Translations under genes and position numbers: made by a program
Notes under the pieces: model-generated
The model's database searches: none
What the model was told of the DNA's origin: nothing
What the model saw: only the letters and a program-made list of their open reading frames with translations
Part shown: positions 58,445 through 64,000 of the stretch, one piece after another
Layout: the number at the start of each line of letters is the position of its first letter
How positions within the stretch are numbered: position 1 is the stretch's first letter
Sequence record: NC_027364.1
Reading direction: 5' to 3' (one strand)
Length of the DNA: 64,000 bases

Positions 58445-58761
58445 ATTTCACATGGTTTAGCCGGAACAGGAATTCCATCTTTACTTATCCGTGCAATCAG
58501 TAAAGTATGAACATCAGCACGAGCAGCCAGTAAACATGAAATTTCAGCATGAAGAAACTCACCTTGCGGTCGCCCAGCACGAATGGCGAAACCCTTCTGT
58601 ACTGGGTGAGTCTGTGTATAAGAATTTGTGCGAGTTGCCAGTACTCTACCTTTTTTATCAAGTGCACGAGCAATAACACGATACCGTTTGTAATTTCCTA
58701 CTTGTTCAATAGGTGGCATCTGGCGTAATTCTTCGATTAGTTTCTCCAATTTACTATTCAT
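58393..58761 (-). CDS. Zinc-dependent cytidine/dCMP deaminase-fold protein
   Basis: LHAE ... PCEIC, N-terminal TNS...THP. Confidence 0.8.
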   Translation of the reverse strand: MNSKLEKLIEELRQMPPIEQVGNYKRYRVIARALDKKGRVLATRTNSYTQTHPVQKGFAIRAGRPQGEFLHAEISCLLAARADVHTLLIARISKDGIPVPAKPCEICSLAIKEYGVKEIIHT

Positions 58762-59384
58762 AAGTCTAAGTCTATACCCTTTTCAATAGATTTCTCTAGA
58801 ACCCAAAGTTTACATTCTTCACTCTCCAAATGTATCTTTGCCTCTTTCTGTTGTTCTATTGTACAAGACTTTATGAATTCACGCAAGGCTTCTATTGTAT
58901 TTTTTAAATTTTTTATATCATCGAAGATTTTTTCTTTGGTTTCTTCATCGATTACACATGAACTCCAACTGTGTCGTTCCTCCCAAACAGTTTTAGTGGG
59001 ATTAAAAATTGATGGAGTAGATTTGAATGCATGGATCTTATTAAATGTGTTATCTGCTTCTTGTTGGGTGTAATCACCATATGTGTTTAGCACATTTTTG
59101 TATAATTTATCAATCGCCTCTTCATACGTATCACCACCACAATCCAATTGATAATCATGTGCTTGTACCCATTCGTCGTCTTGCTCAATATACATTGGTG
59201 AAAGAAATTCTACCCAAAATTGAGTCTTTGTATTCAATGCTTTAAAATCTTCAATTCGATTTGTCATTGGACACACATCATGAGGTTCTATATCAATCCT
59301 AGCTGGAACCATGTCTTTGTTTATGAATTTAGGATGACCCAAAATCCACCAGTACTTTTCCGATGTAGTCATAGTAATCTCCAA
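58758..59384 (-). CDS. Hypothetical protein
   Basis: 208-aa ORF. Confidence 0.7.
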   Translation of the reverse strand: MEITMTTSEKYWWILGHPKFINKDMVPARIDIEPHDVCPMTNRIEDFKALNTKTQFWVEFLSPMYIEQDDEWVQAHDYQLDCGGDTYEEAIDKLYKNVLNTYGDYTQQEADNTFNKIHAFKSTPSIFNPTKTVWEERHSWSSCVIDEETKEKIFDDIKNLKNTIEALREFIKSCTIEQQKEAKIHLESEECKLWVLEKSIEKGIDLDL

Positions 59385-59417
59385 TTAAAAAGTACTGCCA
59401 TTATGACAGTACTGATA

Positions 59418-59777
59418 TTAAATGTAACGTTTCTTTTTATAATCATACCCTACTGCTTTGTAAAAGTCAAACAAAGAAGCATGTTCAAATGTAGGTAATA
59501 GGTCATATGGATGCTGATAGTTCGCAATACCAACAATAGCCAGCATTGATTCAGCAGTTCTTACGTTCTCACTATCCCATTCATCCAAACGCCACAGTGA
59601 GCAAAGTACCTCTCGTTCATGTTTCTTACCCAGAAAGAATCCAGCTTCACGGTCACGAAATGCACCTACACTGATAGTACTTTTGTACCAGTCTTTTTCA
59701 CCATATAATGGCATACGGATAATATGTTTTTCTTTAGCTTCTCCAAAGCGATGAAGAAATGCTACATAATCACTCAT
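59418..59777 (-). CDS. Hypothetical protein
   Basis: 119-aa ORF. Confidence 0.7.
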   Translation of the reverse strand: MSDYVAFLHRFGEAKEKHIIRMPLYGEKDWYKSTISVGAFRDREAGFFLGKKHEREVLCSLWRLDEWDSENVRTAESMLAIVGIANYQHPYDLLPTFEHASLFDFYKAVGYDYKKKRYI

Positions 59778-59944
59778 AATTTATAACCCATTACAGGTTT
59801 GGTATGATCCGGTTCGTAAGACTTTTCAGTACTGAACCCTCTGAAATTACCACGACCTGGATTCGGGCAAGCCATCCCTTGTACTGAATGCTTACCCTTA
59901 TCTTTGCCACAATTTTTACATTTGTAGTCAATTACTTCTTTCAT
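59774..59944 (-). CDS. Small Cys/His protein (56 aa, not in the ORF track)
   Basis: MKEVIDYKCKNCGKDKGKHSVQGMACP...; ATGA overlaps on both ends. Confidence 0.7.
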   Translation of the reverse strand: MKEVIDYKCKNCGKDKGKHSVQGMACPNPGRGNFRGFSTEKSYEPDHTKPVMGYKL

Positions 59945-60189
59945 TGTGCATCCTTCGGAACAGTATTAAGACGTTTGCGATTCACAATCTTCCTGCACAT
60001 GAGATTAAGATCTTGCCCATGACGCATAGTATGACATGCGTATAGTGTTCCTTGGTGATTTAGTTTTGTTAAACCTTGACGGATGATTTCAGCATCCATC
60101 TCATCAACTTTAGGAGCACAACCACAGAGAATAATGGATACAAATATTGTTAATGTAATGAATATATTTTTCATGATATTTTTTCTCAT
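59941..60189 (-). CDS. Putative lipoprotein
   Basis: Hydrophobic stretch ending LCGC. Confidence 0.6.
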   Translation of the reverse strand: MRKNIMKNIFITLTIFVSIILCGCAPKVDEMDAEIIRQGLTKLNHQGTLYACHTMRHGQDLNLMCRKIVNRKRLNTVPKDAQ

Positions 60190-60566
60190 TTAGTAAAACA
60201 CGAATTATTACTGATAAGTTCATCAAGTACGTTTTGTACTTCGATAGAATTAATATCAACTTTGTAATAATTATAGTTTTTAACTCTAAAATGTTCTTTT
60301 GATATATCAACTTTAAATTCAATAATATCAAGATTACCAATAAAATCAGACTTATCAGTTCTTAAATCCAAAATACCTAATTCCGGTTTTTGTGGTTTAC
60401 ATAAAATCAAACCAAATTTATTTTCTTCAAATGCCTGATTAAACATATCATAATAATCACTAATAACAAATCTAATATTATCAGTGCTTAACTTTCCTGA
60501 TTTTCCTTTTTTATAAACAGAAACAATGTTTAGTTCAAAGGTTTTACCAAAGCGTGTGATTTTCAT
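60186..60566 (-). CDS. Hypothetical protein
   Basis: 126-aa ORF. Confidence 0.7.
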   Translation of the reverse strand: MKITRFGKTFELNIVSVYKKGKSGKLSTDNIRFVISDYYDMFNQAFEENKFGLILCKPQKPELGILDLRTDKSDFIGNLDIIEFKVDISKEHFRVKNYNYYKVDINSIEVQNVLDELISNNSCFTK

Positions 60567-61534
60567 TTTGGGCTATAACCACTTTTAATTTTGGAAATTA
60601 CTTTCTTCTCGAAGAACTTACGTGCTTCTTCAATAGTTTCGAATTCTTCACCATCAGTAGTACTGGTTTTACCAATAGCACCGTACTCAATAATTACTTC
60701 ACACACTGGAGCATTCAATTCAATATTATAGAATTTGTTTGAAGAACCGTGAACATATTCCAAATGTACATTATCAGGAATGTTCTGTACATAATCATAG
60801 TTCTTGAAGATAATATCAATCATATTTTCTTCGCCGCGATCAGGAAATAGTTCAGTATTATTCAGTACTAAACGCTGTGCAGCACGGAACATATCAAAAT
60901 ATTGTTCGCCTTTTTTCAGTTCTTTTGTATCAGAACAGAAATGACCATAATATTCTACATAATCATTCCAAGGATAAATTCCTTCATCAGCAGTTTCAAA
61001 AACGTAAGTTTCATCTTGTGGAACTTTAAAACCACGAGTTTTTGGATGAGAAATTAAGCACAGTGAAATATTATGACCGATATCTGAATCATCAGTAATA
61101 CTACCACCAACCATATGAACAACATTTTTAATACGTTCAAAATCTACATCTTCAATTTCATGATACATTAAATGTTCTTCAATATTACTTACTAGTAATG
61201 AATTACCATTTCCGGCATCGAATTCAAAAATGAAAAGTTCTACACAATCTTCTTCTTTCATTTCAATAGTATCACTGAGTTTAATATACTCATTTTTTAA
61301 TTGTTCAATATTTTCATGAGAACCAAAACTATAACGTGAACTGATATAACTACTACCGTCCAACCATCCCATATCCCAAGGTTCTTCTGACATGTATTCT
61401 GAGCTATAGAAATGAGTCAAATCATCTCTCTGAGTACAAACCGTAAGAGAGCGAACATTATTAAGACCTTGAACTTCAAGATTCAGTACTGTAGTATTGC
61501 CAATTTTTTGTTCAGAAATAATTTTAGTTTTCAT
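60563..61534 (-). CDS. Protein with C-terminal WGR domain
   Basis: HLEYVHGSSNKFY.IEL....V...YGAIG......EF.T.EEA...F.K.V.SK.K.GY. Confidence 0.75.
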   Translation of the reverse strand: MKTKIISEQKIGNTTVLNLEVQGLNNVRSLTVCTQRDDLTHFYSSEYMSEEPWDMGWLDGSSYISSRYSFGSHENIEQLKNEYIKLSDTIEMKEEDCVELFIFEFDAGNGNSLLVSNIEEHLMYHEIEDVDFERIKNVVHMVGGSITDDSDIGHNISLCLISHPKTRGFKVPQDETYVFETADEGIYPWNDYVEYYGHFCSDTKELKKGEQYFDMFRAAQRLVLNNTELFPDRGEENMIDIIFKNYDYVQNIPDNVHLEYVHGSSNKFYNIELNAPVCEVIIEYGAIGKTSTTDGEEFETIEEARKFFEKKVISKIKSGYSPK

Positions 61535-61543
61535 TTAAAATAC

Positions 61544-61648
61544 CTATTGAATTGATTTACGCCATTTGGCTAGTTTAACATTCATGTAAGTAAGGAACTC
61601 ACGTTCCATCTCTTCTGAACTCATATTATCGCATTGCAAAGCGAACAT
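61544..61648 (-). CDS. 34-aa ORF duplicating the C-terminus of the upstream gene
   Basis: MFALQCDNMSSEEMEREFLT versus LFKTQYEGHSAEEVEREFIT. Confidence 0.45.
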   Translation of the reverse strand: MFALQCDNMSSEEMEREFLTYMNVKLAKWRKSIQ

Positions 61649-61665
61649 GTCAAGTGCACATCATC

Positions 61666-62313
61666 CTACTTTTTCGATTGGAACAATGCAATCTGTACGC
61701 GTGTAATGAACTCACGCTCTACTTCTTCAGCACTGTGTCCTTCATATTGTGTCTTGAAAAGTTCCATTGCTTTTAGTGCCATCTGTACAGAAATGTCTGT
61801 AATACTTTCAGTACTGGTAGTCTCAAATACATTTCTGATGGATAGTTCACCATCATCAGCATGTTCTTGTTGAACCGTGTTGTTTTGTTCATCAATGTAA
61901 CGTAAAGCTTTGTACTCTGCTTTTGTTAGATTTTCATACCAACGTGGGTGGTGGAACAAATCATGCATTGTAACTTTTGCTGCTTCCATGAGAAGTAATA
62001 GCTCTTCATTTCTGCGAATATGTTTTTCTTCACCTTTATGATTTTTGTAAGTATATGCACAACGCATAATGGCTAATCGAACTTCACCTGCTTTGGTGAT
62101 AGTGTATGAATGTATTGCATTATCATAATCACTTTCCCATTTCTGACCAGCATATTCGTACCAAAGTTCATTAGTTTCCCATTTAATGAAATCAAATTCT
62201 AACAAACTGTCAATCAACTTAGCCAAATTACCACTGTACTCACGGCTAATGATATTGAAACCACCATTGTACTTTGCAAGGTACAGAATCTTTTCTTGTG
62301 TTACATTTTTCAT
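61666..62313 (-). CDS. Hypothetical protein
   Basis: 215-aa ORF. Confidence 0.7.
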   Translation of the reverse strand: MKNVTQEKILYLAKYNGGFNIISREYSGNLAKLIDSLLEFDFIKWETNELWYEYAGQKWESDYDNAIHSYTITKAGEVRLAIMRCAYTYKNHKGEEKHIRRNEELLLLMEAAKVTMHDLFHHPRWYENLTKAEYKALRYIDEQNNTVQQEHADDGELSIRNVFETTSTESITDISVQMALKAMELFKTQYEGHSAEEVEREFITRVQIALFQSKK

Positions 62314-62651
62314 TACATGTAATCCTTGATGTATTTTAGCAGTTTAGATTTCTCTTCGGTACTTAATGATTTCTTGTTCATTAAGTGTTTCATTTCTTGA
62401 CGTTCAATTTCTTCACATCTTTTAGATTCAGCTTCAATTCGTGTATTATATTCTTCGTCAGTTTCTTCTCTGGTCCAAATTACATTGTATCCATGAAAAC
62501 CGCCGTAACCACCGTCGGGTGAAAGACTAATGGGACCGTTATATTCAGCACGATACTTATTAAGAGTGTCAATAAAGGTATCAATGCCACACGGTTCAAT
62601 TTCAATATAACCAATCACTACAGTAACGTCAATTTTGTTCATAAAGTTCAC
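62313..62651 (-). CDS. Hypothetical protein
   Basis: REETDEEY..RI motif. Confidence 0.7.
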   Translation of the reverse strand: MNFMNKIDVTVVIGYIEIEPCGIDTFIDTLNKYRAEYNGPISLSPDGGYGGFHGYNVIWTREETDEEYNTRIEAESKRCEEIERQEMKHLMNKKSLSTEEKSKLLKYIKDYM

Positions 62652-62669
62652 CTATAAAATTAGGGAGCA

Positions 62670-63227
62670 TTAGCTCCCTTTGTATTGATGTTTACGTTTA
62701 GTACTGTATTTCCAGCCAGTACTGTGTCTTGTTCTGATATCGTCCCAATACGATGGTAATGAACGCATCTTACGTCTTCCACGTATTTCAGGTTCCCCCT
62801 CATCCTTCAGTACTGCACAAGCCATACGACGCTCTTGCTGAGTCTTAGGACGCTTGTATCGGGAGTGGTTATGTTTGTACATATACGAACGCTTATGTCG
62901 CCATTCCTTATCACGAGCTTTACGTTTATGTTCCCAGTACTCATTATAGAGTATCATGTATTCACCCATAAGTAAATCAGGAGATACAAGTAATCCTTTT
63001 TCAGTACAAAGATAATAACCTACGAACTTTTCTGGATACATTTCGTAATAGAAACGGTTCTTCCAAAATGTTTCACGATTCTTTTTGTTGAATTCAGCTA
63101 AATCGAATTTCATCTTACTGTGGAAACGGTCTATACCGTCATGTTCCGCAATGTACTCTAACAGATTATCAATAATCTCAACTTTACCAGAATCGTGATA
63201 CAACGTAAATGTTTGGTCAAAAAACAT
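62670..63227 (-). CDS. Hypothetical protein with basic C-terminus
   Basis: RPKTQQERR...RGRR...LPSYWDD...WK...KRKHQYK. Confidence 0.75.
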   Translation of the reverse strand: MFFDQTFTLYHDSGKVEIIDNLLEYIAEHDGIDRFHSKMKFDLAEFNKKNRETFWKNRFYYEMYPEKFVGYYLCTEKGLLVSPDLLMGEYMILYNEYWEHKRKARDKEWRHKRSYMYKHNHSRYKRPKTQQERRMACAVLKDEGEPEIRGRRKMRSLPSYWDDIRTRHSTGWKYSTKRKHQYKGS

Positions 63228-63453
63228 ATGAAATCTCCTTTAAGTTAAAATAACCTAATGGAAAGTCATTCTTCCTTTAATACATGTTCTCATGATTTGT
63301 TCCTTTTGTCAAGATATAGATATAAAAAATCCCTGCCAAAAGACAGGGACGAAAAACTGAAATAACACATGGAGTTCTTTTTAATTTAATAAAAAGTATT
63401 ATTATTCTTATAAAAGTATTTATTAAGAACTCCACAATATGGCTTCAAATGAA

Positions 63454-63642
63454 TCAAAAACCTTTCTGAGCTACTAGTTCGCGGTACTGTGCACGAGTTA
63501 GTACACCTTGTTTGCGTAGAGCTTGTAGACCGGATAGGGTTTCACTCTTACGTTGTTCGTACATACGTTGTTCTTTAGATTGAATAACTTTCTCTTTCTT
63601 AACTTTTGCTACTGGTTCTTGTTTCTTAGGTTGTTTAGCCAT
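63454..63642 (-). CDS. Small basic protein
   Basis: 62 aa, K/R rich, GGAG SD. Confidence 0.7.
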   Translation of the reverse strand: MAKQPKKQEPVAKVKKEKVIQSKEQRMYEQRKSETLSGLQALRKQGVLTRAQYRELVAQKGF

Positions 63643-63673
63643 TTTATATCTCCTTCTGTATTATGATAACAAC

Positions 63674-63703
63674 ATTATATCATGTATGGGACATTATGTC
63701 CCA
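63674..63703 (-). promoter_or_regulatory. TGGGAC-N18-TATAAT promoter embedded in the gtatgggac/gtcccatac hairpin
   Basis: TGGGAC ataatgtcccatacatga TATAAT. Confidence 0.55.
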
Positions 63704-63710
63704 TACAATA

Positions 63711-64000
63711 TTACATATTTTCTTCAGCAAATTCTGCAAGTGGTGAACGAACAACACCTTCTAGTTCGATGACACGACAACCTGCCCAATCTTTAAACTT
63801 CTCAGTTACATATGTCAAACCACTGTTAACAGGACTAATAAACTTACTGTCAATCTGACTCAAGTTACCCATAATTACTACTTTACAGTTTAATCCTGCT
63901 CGTGTCAAGATTGTTTTGGCTTGTGCAGGTGTAATGTTTTGGAATTCATCAACTACTAGAATAGTGTTGGTGAATGAACGTCCACGTACAAAGTTTAGTG
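63711..64000 (-). CDS. phoH: PhoH-family ATPase (3' end; gene continues beyond the window)
   Basis: RGRSF.N.ILVVDEFQN.T..Q....LTRAG...K.V.MGN..QID ... RS.LA. Confidence 0.92.
   Translation of the reverse strand, partial: LNFVRGRSFTNTILVVDEFQNITPAQAKTILTRAGLNCKVVIMGNLSQIDSKFISPVNSGLTYVTEKFKDWAGCRVIELEGVVRSPLAEFAEENM

Noticed and set aside
63270-63312. TTGACA upstream of 62670..63227 as a promoter
   Set aside because: There is no acceptable -10 hexamer at 16-18 bp spacing (GAACAT).
63370-63435. ggagttctt/aagaactcc inverted repeat around AT-rich direct repeats
   Set aside because: It is a single short low-complexity element between a gene and a terminator; I could not support any function.

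Overview
This window is a gene-dense, AT-rich (about one third GC by eye) segment of a jumbo T4-related myovirus genome. Gene content resembles the RaK2/GAP32/PBECO4/BF group of enterobacterial jumbo phages, which is an inference. The first 6 kb (+ strand) is a tail-fibre cluster, and nearly all remaining genes are on the - strand. In order these are: thyA, a metallopeptidase-VWA plus MoxR AAA pair, acidic putative head-core proteins, gp4-like head completion nuclease, tail tube paralogues and sheath, dNMP kinase, neck protein, an accessory block (Pth2-like, macrodomain, glutaredoxin, Nudix, CCA enzyme, HPF-like, LysM-lysozyme, 2H phosphoesterase, Dps-like), a 650 bp hairpin-rich non-coding region, an HNH protein, spanins, an ACP-like protein, a GH8-like protein, an RlaP-like nucleotidyltransferase, three paralogous virion proteins, nrdG/nrdD, many small hypotheticals (deaminase-like, WGR) and a partial phoH. 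I saw no tRNA, CRISPR array, intron or IS. The main signals are a highly iterated AGTACT palindrome, a repeated TGGGAC-N17-TATAAT promoter class, the structured non-coding region, an ACP-like protein whose pantetheinylation Ser is replaced by Trp, and a 2H phosphoesterase. Four apparent indel breaks probably reflect sequencing errors. All family assignments come from motif recognition by eye, not database searches.
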